DNA of 64,000 nucleotides from Bacteroidota bacterium (GTDB lineage Bacteria; Bacteroidota; Bacteroidia; Sphingobacteriales; Sphingobacteriaceae): NCBI GenBank assembly GCA_040386095.1, contig JAZKGD010000001.1, positions 1,467,530 to 1,531,529 of the forward strand, read 5' to 3'. Shown piece by piece: positions 1 to 8,820 of this stretch (position 1 is its first letter; each line of letters starts with the position of its first letter). The notes under the pieces were generated by a model. It saw only the letters and a program-made list of their open reading frames with translations, ran no database searches and was not told where the DNA came from. The position numbers and the translations under genes were made by a program.

Positions 1-1370
1 AGGAGCTTCATTTTGTAGTGCAACTTATTCAGAAGTCGCTGCAGGGAGTTTCTGTACCACTTAGTGGTGATCCTTTAAAAGGCGTGCAATTGATGGGCTT
101 GTTAGAAAGTCGTAACCTCAATTTTGATCGAGTTGTGTTTTTAGGGTTTAATGAAGGCATTATACCGAAAACTTCAATTGGCAATAGTTTTATCCCAGAT
201 AGTATTCGTAGAGCGTATGGGCTTCCTGTTTTGGAAAATCTAGATGCAATTTCTGCTTATATGGTATATCGTCTATTGGGAAGAGCAAAAACTATAGATA
301 TTATCTATAATGGCTTAACAGATGAGAGTAATAGTGGGGAAGTAAGTCGAATTTTAAAGCAATTAACCTACGAAAGTGGGTTCGAATTTAACCATATTTC
401 ATTAAATCTTCCAGTTGCCGCAGATCAACAGCAAGAAATTAGTATCGATAAAAATGATCCCGATATTAAACGTGTACTGCAATCCTATCTTGACGGGAAA
501 AAAGTGTTATCACCTTCGGCTTTAACCATGTATATTGCTAATCCGATCGATTTCTTCTTTCGCTATATTGCCGAAATTAAGGAACCTAAAGAAGTTACAG
601 CCATTATCGAGGCCAATCAGGTGGGCTCTATCCTACATCAGGTGATGGAATATTTCTACATAGATGAAATCAATAAGGAAGTAACAGCAGCGGTAATAAA
701 ATTAAAAAGAAAGACCATTGGTGATTTAATAACCAAAGCGTTTAATTATGTGATGACCAACAAGGAACTAAGTACGTTCGAGTATTCGGGCATGCAAAAA
801 GTAATATTAGCCATTGTTGAAGCGTATGTAAATATCATTTTAAATAGGGATGAAGAAGATGCACCATTTACGATTTTGAGTTTAGAACATGTAATAAATA
901 CGGAGCTAGCGTTTGAGCTAAATGGAAAGATGGAGCAAGTAAGGCTGTATGGTTTCATCGATAGGATAGATGAAAAAAATGGTGTAACTCGAATAATTGA
1001 TTATAAAACGGGAAGCGATAAGTTAAGCTTTTCGGCAATAGAGAAAGTATTTGATACAGATGGGAAGCATATTAATAAAGCACTGATTCAGACGTTGATC
1101 TATACTTATGCTTACGAAAAACAATCGGGTAAGAATGGAGTAGAGCCTAACCTTTTTGTGGTTAAAACCATGATCGATGGGAAAGTACATTTTCAATCGG
1201 GCAGGTCAACGTTGTCTGAAGCCTATTTGGAAGAAATAAAACCTTTATTTTTGGCGAAATTACAGGGCAAAGTGGCTGAATTATTTGATTTAAATGTGCC
1301 CTTTAGAGCGAGCGAAGTGCCGGATAATTATACCTATTCTATTTATAAAACGTTGTTTGGGAGGGGGTGA
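1..1370 (+). CDS. PD-(D/E)XK nuclease family protein (AddB-like C-terminal part), 5' end outside window
   Basis: Frame is open back to base 3 (ELHFVVQLI). Motifs DRVVFLGFNEGIIP, LSPSALTMY and GFIDRIDE...IIDYKTG are typical of AddB/PD-(D/E)XK_1 proteins. Confidence 0.8.
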   Translation, partial: ELHFVVQLIQKSLQGVSVPLSGDPLKGVQLMGLLESRNLNFDRVVFLGFNEGIIPKTSIGNSFIPDSIRRAYGLPVLENLDAISAYMVYRLLGRAKTIDIIYNGLTDESNSGEVSRILKQLTYESGFEFNHISLNLPVAADQQQEISIDKNDPDIKRVLQSYLDGKKVLSPSALTMYIANPIDFFFRYIAEIKEPKEVTAIIEANQVGSILHQVMEYFYIDEINKEVTAAVIKLKRKTIGDLITKAFNYVMTNKELSTFEYSGMQKVILAIVEAYVNIILNRDEEDAPFTILSLEHVINTELAFELNGKMEQVRLYGFIDRIDEKNGVTRIIDYKTGSDKLSFSAIEKVFDTDGKHINKALIQTLIYTYAYEKQSGKNGVEPNLFVVKTMIDGKVHFQSGRSTLSEAYLEEIKPLFLAKLQGKVAELFDLNVPFRASEVPDNYTYSIYKTLFGRG

Positions 1371-1424
1371 TAGGCTAAGTTGGCCCATGTGCTGAGAACA
1401 TTAAAACATTTCAATAAAAGAAAA

Positions 1425-1985
1425 ATGCTAACTCTTAACTTTAAACAATTTCCAGCAATCACTACTACTAGATTGTTGCTCCGCGAGCATTCAATAACTG
1501 ATGCGCCTGCATTATTCAAGTTACGAACCAATGAAGATGTGATGCAATTTATTCATAGAGAACGACCAAAGACTATTCACGATATCGAAACGTTTATTGC
1601 GTCTTTTAATGAGGGGTTTAAACAAGGGCAGCATATTGCCTGGGTAATTTCGCTTAAAGAAAATCCAGATCAAATGATTGGCTCAATAGGCTATTGGCGA
1701 ACAGATTTTGCAAATCACCGTGCCGAAATTGGCTACATGCTTCATCCAAACCACTGGAGAAAAGGAATAGTTTCAGAAGCACTAAAAGCTACGATCAACT
1801 TTGGCTTTGAAGAAATAAAACTACATTCGATTCAGGCAAATGTTGCTCCAGCAAATGAGGCTTCACAACAAATTTTATTAAAACATGGCTTTGTAAAAGA
1901 AGGTTGTTTTAAGGAAGATCATTATTTTAACGGCAAATTTCTTGACAGCGAGATTTATTCTCTTTTGAATTGTAATTATGTTTAA
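1425..1985 (+). CDS. GNAT N-acetyltransferase, RimJ/RimL family
   Basis: TTRLLLR, AEIGYMLHPNHWRKG and NEASQQILLKHGF motifs. ATG at 1425 preferred over TTG at 1380. Confidence 0.88.
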   Translation: MLTLNFKQFPAITTTRLLLREHSITDAPALFKLRTNEDVMQFIHRERPKTIHDIETFIASFNEGFKQGQHIAWVISLKENPDQMIGSIGYWRTDFANHRAEIGYMLHPNHWRKGIVSEALKATINFGFEEIKLHSIQANVAPANEASQQILLKHGFVKEGCFKEDHYFNGKFLDSEIYSLLNCNYV

Positions 1986-2012
1986 TTTCCAAGCTATTAC
2001 TATCTTTACATT

Positions 2013-2213
2013 ATGTATCGGTTAGACAGGACAGTATTTAAGGCGCACACAGCTGAGGAAGCTACTAAATCTCATGCTATGTACTATAAAGGGCTAACTT
2101 GGCAAGAAAGGCTTCGGGTTGCCAATTATTTAAATAGTATAGCTTTTAACTTTCCTGAAAATAGTCCCCCGAAATTGGATCGAACTAAATTTAGTGCACG
2201 AGCAAGAGAATAA
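2013..2213 (+). CDS. Small hypothetical protein, translationally coupled to the nucleotidyltransferase (possible antitoxin-like partner)
   Basis: 66-aa ORF whose TAA overlaps the next ATG (TAATG at 2211-2215). Confidence 0.6.
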   Translation: MYRLDRTVFKAHTAEEATKSHAMYYKGLTWQERLRVANYLNSIAFNFPENSPPKLDRTKFSARARE

Positions 2214-2657
2214 TGGGAAACATTTTTAATGAAGACTTCAGAGACTTTATCCAGGCATTAAATAATTGCAAAGTACATTTTAGTAGGAGGCTTTTCTGTT
2301 ATCCTGCACGGTTATTCAAGAACAACTGGTGATATAGATATTTGGGTAGACAGGTCATTAGATAACTATCAAAAAATTAGACTTGCATTTTTGGAGTTCG
2401 GCATGCCTGTTTTTGATATGACAGAAGAAAATTTCTTAAAACATAAAAATTGGGATGTTTTTACATTCGGGAATCCCCCATCAGCAATCGATTTAATGCT
2501 GGCTGTTAAAGGCTTAAGCTTTGAAGAAAGCTTTAATAAAGCCATAACATTTGAAGATGATGACTTGTTGATCAGAACAATTCATAAGGACGATTTAATT
2601 AGTGCTAAAAAGGCAGCTGGTAGACCGAAAGATTTGGATGACTTACAAAATTTATAA
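2213..2657 (+). pseudogene. Nucleotidyltransferase (minimal NTase type), frameshifted
   Basis: MGNIFNEDFRDFIQALNNC shifts frame at about 2270 into KYILVGGFSVILHGYSRTTGDIDIW (GG..DxD NTase motif) and ends ...GRPKDLDDLQNL. Confidence 0.75.
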
Positions 2658-3013
2658 TCATCTTAAAAACCGCAATTCCAATTTTGGCATCTTTGAATGC
2701 CGATGAAATGATAGAATTTTATACCAAGAAACTTGGATTTACCTTTTATTCGAACTGGGATGGATATTTAATGTTTGGTTTAGATAAAATCGAGCTTCAT
2801 TTTTGGTCTACTAACGACCCATCTATCCCTAAAAACACAGGCTGCTATATCAATGTAACTGAAGTGGACAAACTTTATGCAGAATATGAACTGCAAGGTG
2901 TAATTCATCCAGAGGGAAAGCTGTCAGATAAACCGTGAGAAATGCGCCAGTTTTCGATTTTAGACAACAATGGCAACATTATCCATTTTGGCGAGGATAT
3001 TTCAACACATTAA
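2657..3013 (+). pseudogene. VOC/glyoxalase-bleomycin resistance family protein with internal stop
   Basis: ILKTAIPILASLN...FYTKKLGF...DKP*EMRQFSILDNNGNIIHFGE. TGA at 2936-2938 sits where the family motif PW has Trp, and the frame continues to TAA at 3011-3013. Confidence 0.72.
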
Positions 3014-3135
3014 GCGCTTTACACTTATCGCTTATCGCAAAGTGTAATTAACCGAGCTTGTGAGCTCATTGGTGCCGTTTAAAAACAATATAGTAACATC
3101 AATAAAACACTACTTTAAAATTACGATACAATAGT

Positions 3136-3143
3136 TATATTTG
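3136..3143 (+). promoter_or_regulatory. Bacteroidota sigma70 -7 element (TAnnTTTG) upstream of pdhB
   Basis: TATATTTG 25 nt before the ATG. Confidence 0.55.
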
Positions 3144-3168
3144 CGCACGGTAATTTTTGAATTAAACA

Positions 3169-4155
3169 ATGAGAGAGATCCAATTTAGAGAAGCACTTCG
3201 TGAAGCATTGAACGAAGAGATGCGTAAAAACGAGAACATTTTTTTAATGGGCGAAGAGGTTGCGCAGTATAATGGTGCATATAAGGTTAGTCAGGGTATG
3301 TTAGATGAGTTTGGCGACAAACGCATAATAGATACTCCAATTGCAGAATTAGGCTTTGCAGGTATTGGTATTGGTGCTGCCATGAATGGCTTAATTCCGA
3401 TTATAGAATTTATGACTTTTAACTTCTCGTTGGTTGCGATTGATCAAATTATTAATGCTGCGGCAAAAATATTATCGATGAGCGGTGGTCAGTTTTCTGT
3501 GCCAATTGTTTTCCGTGGCCCAACGGGTAATGCTGGTCAACTAGGTGCACAACACTCTCAAAACTTCGAAAATTGGTTCGCCAATTGCCCAGGTTTAAAA
3601 GTAGTTGTTCCATCAACACCATATAATGCTAAAGGTCTGTTAAAGGCGTCCATTAATGATCCAGATCCAGTTATTTTTATGGAATCGGAGGTAATGTATG
3701 GCGATAAAGGTGAAGTGCCAGAAGGCGAGTACACCTTAGAAATTGGCAAAGCGCATGTGGTAAAAGAAGGTTCTGATGTAACGGTTGTAACTTTTGGTAA
3801 AATGTTAACGCGTGTAGTTAATCCAGCAGTAGAAGAATTAACTAAAGAAGGAATTAATGTAGAAGTGATCGATTTATTAACGGTTCGTCCAATTGATTAC
3901 GCTACCATTATCGAATCAGTTAAAAAAACAAACCGTTTAGTGATTGTAGAAGAGGCATGGCCATTGGCTTCTATCTCTTCAGAAATTACTTTTAACGTGC
4001 AACGTAATGCATTCGATCATTTAGATGCGCCAATTTTGCGTATTACTTGTGCCGATGTTCCACTTCCGTATGCACCAACTTTAATTGCAGCTAGTTTGCC
4101 TAATGCAGAGAAAGTTGTGAAAGCAGTTAAAGAAGTGATGTACGTTAATAAATAG
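3169..4155 (+). CDS. pdhB: Pyruvate dehydrogenase E1 beta subunit
   Basis: MREIQFREALREA, GEEVAQYNGAYKVSQG, DTPIAELGFAG, EFMTFNF and GAQHSQ motifs. Confidence 0.95.
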   Translation: MREIQFREALREALNEEMRKNENIFLMGEEVAQYNGAYKVSQGMLDEFGDKRIIDTPIAELGFAGIGIGAAMNGLIPIIEFMTFNFSLVAIDQIINAAAKILSMSGGQFSVPIVFRGPTGNAGQLGAQHSQNFENWFANCPGLKVVVPSTPYNAKGLLKASINDPDPVIFMESEVMYGDKGEVPEGEYTLEIGKAHVVKEGSDVTVVTFGKMLTRVVNPAVEELTKEGINVEVIDLLTVRPIDYATIIESVKKTNRLVIVEEAWPLASISSEITFNVQRNAFDHLDAPILRITCADVPLPYAPTLIAASLPNAEKVVKAVKEVMYVNK

Positions 4156-4203
4156 CTTTAGGTTGTAGCTTGTCCCGATTATTCGGAAAAGAACTAAACA
4201 TAT

Positions 4204-4237
4204 ATCCCTCCCAATTTTATATCGGGAGGGATTTTTT
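4204..4237 (+). terminator. Intrinsic terminator after pdhB
   Basis: ATCCCTCCC / GGGAGGGAT stem followed by a T run. Confidence 0.8.
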
Positions 4238-4342
4238 ATGCGTGCGGAGTCTTGAAAAGGGTTGAACAAATAAAGAAATTGAACATTTTCTTGTAGGTAA
4301 CCTCAATTGCATTCTTCATAACTAATATTTAGCTAACTCCTT

Positions 4343-4758
4343 TTAATTCTTATTAATATTACTAATAACAGTAATTAATAGTATCATCCTTCCTGCTAGA
4401 ACAAAAGGAAATAACATTAATAGCCATTTGTATTTTAAATATTTGTCTTTTTTAAATTCCAGTCTTTTCGCAATATTTTCAATTTTACGATTGTAACCAA
4501 AAAGGTAGAAATTTATAAAAAAGACTAGCGAAATTATACCAAATATCAATAAGTAACGTAACCCATTGGCTGAGATAGATACAGCTTAATATTAATGATT
4601 GAAAAAAGGCTATTAAACAATAGTACAAAAGGAAAAAATAATGATAATTCAAAAATTGAGATTAAAAATATAGTTACATAAATAGGAGCCCTATCACTGT
4701 CTTTATATCTTTGATCAGATTTTATTATTGTATAAATATAAAATATTATGCTTTCCAT
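4343..4758 (-). pseudogene. Second candidate immunity membrane protein, split by a 1-nt frameshift
   Basis: ATG at 4758 overlaps the stop of the orphan toxin tip (TAATG). Adding one G at the GGG run 4562-4564 joins the two listed ORFs into about 138 aa with 3 hydrophobic segments, resembling 5282-5674. Confidence 0.6.
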
Positions 4759-5225
4759 TATTCGGCCAATTCCCAAATAAATAAAATACCACCTAATACA
4801 AATGCCACTCCTTGCCCTCTAGGTATAAATGCTGCTGTTGTTGCGGCTACTCCTAGAAATGATTGAATACCATCTTACCAATCTCCGGTTTCATAAAATT
4901 GAATGACATTATCTATAGCTCCTATAGCCGACATTACACCACCCACGGTACTAAATCCAGTAGGTAGTTGCACTTTTAATGCCAAAGCTGAGGCATCTGC
5001 CTGACTAAGAGCTAAACCCATTGAAGCATTTACCCATGACAATGCTTGATAGATAGCATTGTCAGATATTGTAGAACTAAATACTAAATTGGAACCTCCA
5101 CTTCCCCTAGATGGTACTCTTCCTCCTTGATTATAATAACCATTCATAGCATTGTCAATGGTATATAATTGAGATGCAGCATGTGGTAGTGGCAATACAC
5201 CTATAACTAAACCTTGAAAAAGGTC
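4758..5225 (-). pseudogene. Orphan toxin C-terminal cassette, homologous to the C-terminus of 5689-6411, with internal stop
   Basis: No leader and no ATG. Reading through TAA at 4875-4877 gives ...IDNVIQFYETGDW*DGIQSFLGVAATTAAFIPRGQGVAFVLGGILFIWELAE. Hand count is 28/76 identities, ungapped, to the full-length protein. Confidence 0.7.
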
Positions 5226-5232
5226 TTATCCA

Positions 5233-5262
5233 ATGATAGCAAAAATATTTTTTTGCTATCAT
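5233..5262. terminator. Perfect 13-bp hairpin between immunity gene 1 and the orphan cassette
   Basis: ATGATAGCAAAAA-TATT-TTTTTGCTATCAT. Confidence 0.55.
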
Positions 5263-5281
5263 ATAGGGCATCTTAAAATTG

Positions 5282-5674
5282 TTACTTTGATTTTAGGTAA
5301 CTAAAAAAAATAATTAAAAATATAACGGTAGCAATATATACTAAGGCTAGGACCATTACAAGTTGTTTATTCGTTTTTGTATCTATTCTGCTTCCTTCAA
5401 ACTGTATTTTTATTCGCTCCAAATAATCCGTTTTAGTAATAAAATAGTGATTACATATATACACGATTACTGGTATAATATAAAGTATTAATCTTAGGTT
5501 TGAAAGGTCGATAATTGAAAAAAAAGATAGAAGGAAAACAATCAGAAAGAAAAACAATAATTGTAAACTGCTGATATTAACAGCAGTCATAACCTTTGGG
5601 TTATATGCACCACTACTTTTTAAATTTTTCTCATATAAAGAAAAAATGATAAATTTGTAGAATTTTGACATCAT
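5282..5674 (-). CDS. Candidate immunity protein (small, about 3 TM helices)
   Basis: 130-aa hydrophobic, AT-rich ORF starting 14 nt after the toxin stop. The role is inferred from position. Confidence 0.6.
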   Translation of the reverse strand: MMSKFYKFIIFSLYEKNLKSSGAYNPKVMTAVNISSLQLLFFFLIVFLLSFFSIIDLSNLRLILYIIPVIVYICNHYFITKTDYLERIKIQFEGSRIDTKTNKQLVMVLALVYIATVIFLIIFFSYLKSK

Positions 5675-5688
5675 CTTTTATTAGCTTT

Positions 5689-6411
5689 CTATTCTATTGG
5701 GGCCTCAAATACTTCCCAAAAAAATAACCCCAAGCCACCAATAAATACTACTGGAACGGATACCGGAGCGCTAGCTATGAACGCTGTTCCTATTAACACC
5801 CCACCAACACCAAGTTGAGATGCATCATTCCAATTAAACCCTTCAGAAAGTTGTACAGTATTATCTATTATTGATGTTGCGGTGAGAATATGACCAGAAT
5901 ATACAAACCCGGCAGGCATCTGTATGCCCATTAAATGAGCTGATAATGAGGCCCCTGATACTGACAGGTCCATGGATGATAACATATTCGATATGGCTAT
6001 ATACCAAGGTCTTTGGGTTAGAGGAGTCGTGTTTCCTCCTGAGCCTCCTCCTGTACCTCCCCCTGTTCCACCACCCCCAGAGCTGTCGCCAACATAAGCC
6101 CAGCTTGCTCCAAACGCATCTTCTGTGTACTGAAATTGGTTTGGTCTTGCCAAATTACGAGACCCAACTATGGTAACCTCGTCTAAGGAGAATACTAAAC
6201 GTGCTGGAGCAGAGCCATTTATGCTTACCATCCAGTCGCCCTGATCATTTCTGGAGCTAGATACAGACATGCCTAATTGTTCGGACAACCATTGTGTCAC
6301 CCATCCAATATCTGGCTGTTGATATCCCCCCTTAATTCCTCTTAAATTCCATAGTTCCAAAACCTCCATTTCTTGATGTAACTGGCTAAAAGTTAATCGT
6401 GTTGTTTTCAT
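5689..6411 (-). CDS. Double-glycine-leader secreted protein, candidate large bacteriocin/polymorphic toxin
   Basis: Leader MKTTRLTFSQLHQEMEVLELWNLRGIKGG, then an LDEVTIVG motif, a Gly-rich linker (SSGGGGTGGGTGGGSGG) and a hydrophobic C-terminal domain. Divergent from a C39-peptidase ABC exporter. Confidence 0.72.
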   Translation of the reverse strand: MKTTRLTFSQLHQEMEVLELWNLRGIKGGYQQPDIGWVTQWLSEQLGMSVSSSRNDQGDWMVSINGSAPARLVFSLDEVTIVGSRNLARPNQFQYTEDAFGASWAYVGDSSGGGGTGGGTGGGSGGNTTPLTQRPWYIAISNMLSSMDLSVSGASLSAHLMGIQMPAGFVYSGHILTATSIIDNTVQLSEGFNWNDASQLGVGGVLIGTAFIASAPVSVPVVFIGGLGLFFWEVFEAPIE

Positions 6412-6501
6412 AGGTTAAATAATAAAAATAAAATAATTTGTTGATTTATATACGAATTAAACGAATTGTTTAGTTAATTCAAAATTAAATTTTGCTTTTG
6501 C

Positions 6502-6513
6502 AAAAAAAAAAAA
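6502..6513. repeat. A12 homopolymer in the divergent toxin/exporter promoter region
   Basis: Twelve consecutive A residues. Confidence 0.9.
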
Positions 6514-6547
6514 CATAATTTGCTCATCTAAAGAAATAAATTTACCT

Positions 6548-8820
6548 ATGCTCTTAAAAAAATTCCCCAACGATAGGCAGTTGGATATGATGGACTGTGG
6601 GCCAGCCTGTTTAAAAATGCTGGCCAAACATTACGGAAAGTACTATAGCCTACAATATTTACGAGATAAATGCGGAATAACTAAGGAAGGAATTTCGTTT
6701 CTCGACCTTAGCCATGCTGCCGAAGAAATAGGTCTTCGCACCTTATCTTTGAAAGCAACTTTGAACGACTTACTGTATAAGGTGCCATTGCCCGTTGTTG
6801 TGCATTGGGATAACAGTCACTTTGTAGTAGTATACAAAGTGAAGGGAGCAAAGAGTAAAGATAAACCTACAGGCACCATCTACGTTTCTGATCCTGCAAA
6901 AGGATATGTAAGCTACAACACAAAAGAGTTTGCAAAAAAATGGATCAAAATCGATTCTACAGTAGCCACAGGTGATGGCGAATTCGAAAAAGCGGGCGTT
7001 TTAATGGCCATTGAGCCGCAAGCAGAATTCTACCAAAAACAGGCGAATGAGAAAATAGAACGGATGAAAACTTTTGCCAATTTCCTTGGCTATTTTAAAC
7101 CCTACAAAAAAAGCTTTGTAAACCTTGGTATTGTAATGCTCTTGGTTACCATTTTACAAGGCTTTTTACCTTTTATTAGCAAAGCGGTTATCGATGTAGG
7201 GATACAAACTCATGACCTAGATTTTATTAATATCGTGCTCTATGCAAACATTGCAATCTATGTGAGCATTTTGTTAAGCAATATGGTTCGCGATTGGATT
7301 TTGCTCCATATTACCTCAAGGATAAACATTGCGCTTATCTCTGATTACCTCATCAAACTGATGCTACTGCCCATTACATTTTTTGAGAATAAAATGACAG
7401 GCGATATTTTGCAACGCGCCCAGGATCATGAACGGATACGGAGCTTTATCATGAACAATTCACTGAATATGATCTTTAGTGCCCTAACTTTTGTGGTATT
7501 CGGCGTTATTCTTTTCTTTTACAATACCACTATTTTTTATGTGTTTCTGATAGGCAGTGTGTTGTACGTGCTTTGGGTAATGGCCTTTTTAAAGGTTCGC
7601 AAGAAACTAGATTGGGAATATTTCGATTTGGTGAGCAAGAACCAGAGCTATTGGTAGAAACGATTGCCAGTATCCAGGACATCAAGATCAATAACTACGA
7701 AAAACCCAAGCGTTGGAAATGGGAGAATATCCAGGCCAGGTTGTACAAGGTAAACCTTAATGTGCTTAACATTACTAACATGCAAAATTTGGGTGCACAG
7801 TTTATAGATAACCTCAAAAACCTGTTCATTACGTTTGTTTGTGCCAAAGCCGTTATTGCAGGTGAGATGACTTTTGGTGTAATGATATCTACCCAGTTCA
7901 TTATCGGGATGCTAAATGCCCCTGTGGTGCAGTTTATAAACTTTATCATCTCCTTTCAATTTGCTCAAATTAGTTTTTTGCGCTTAAATGAAATTCACCA
8001 ATTGCCTGATGAGCATGAGAATGTAGGCACAAATTCGATTGATCTTCCAGACAACAAAAGCTTGCTGATTAATAACGTTGGCTTTCAGTACACACCTACA
8101 GGTCCAGTTATTTTGCGAGGTATAAGATTAATGATCCCCGAAGGCAAGGTAACCGCAATTGTTGGGGATAGCGGCAGCGGAAAATCAACTCTGTTAAAAT
8201 TATTGCTTCGGTTATATAAGCCCAGTTTTGGTGATATCATGATCGGTAATATGAACGTAAACAACATTAGCTTGAAGCAATGGCGTGATAAGTGTGGTGC
8301 GGTAATGCAAGATGGTAAAATATTTAATGATACCATCTTAAACAATGTGGTGTTAGACGATGAGAAGATAGACTACAAAAAACTGAAGACTGCATTAGAT
8401 ACGGCAAACATAGCCCAGGAAATTGAAGCCCTGCCCTTAGGTTACCAAACCATGATGGGCGAGCAGGGAAGAGGCTTGAGCGGAGGACAGAAGCAGCGCA
8501 TTTTAATTGCTAGGGCATTATATAAAGATCCGGACTATCTGTTCTTTGATGAAGCCACCAATTCGCTCGATACCTTAAACGAGCAAAAGATAGTAAACGC
8601 ATTGGACGATGTGTTTAAAGAAAAAACGGTAATCGTAGTCGCTCATCGTTTAAGTACCATACGCAAGGCCGACCAGATAGTGGTAATGCAAGGAGGTATA
8701 ATCGTAGAAACGGGCAATCATGAAACATTGATGGCCAGAAAGGGCCGCTATTTTCAATTGGTGCAATCCCAATTAGACCTAACAGCAAGTGTACAAGCGC
8801 CTATAATTGAAGCAAATTAG
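6548..8820 (+). pseudogene. Peptidase-containing ABC transporter (PCAT, SunT/LagD type) split by a 1-nt frameshift at about 7653
   Basis: C39 domain (QLDMMDCGPAC, HFVVVY, SDPAKG), TMD, Walker A GDSGSGKS, LSGGQKQR, LFFDE and AHR. TATTGGTAGAAACG reads YW* but YWVET if one G is restored. Could be a real lesion or a sequencing error. Confidence 0.85.

Noticed and set aside
2936-2938. TGA read as Trp (alternative genetic code)
   Set aside because: TGA acts as a normal stop elsewhere (e.g. 1368-1370), and other genes use TGG for Trp.
5689-6411. Modified RiPP (lanthipeptide, rSAM or YcaO) cluster
   Set aside because: The mature region has no Cys and no tailoring enzyme is encoded nearby.
7630-7660. 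Programmed ribosomal frameshift in the PCAT
   Set aside because: I saw no X XXY YYZ slippery heptamer or obvious stimulatory hairpin at the break; a simple 1-nt deletion explains it.
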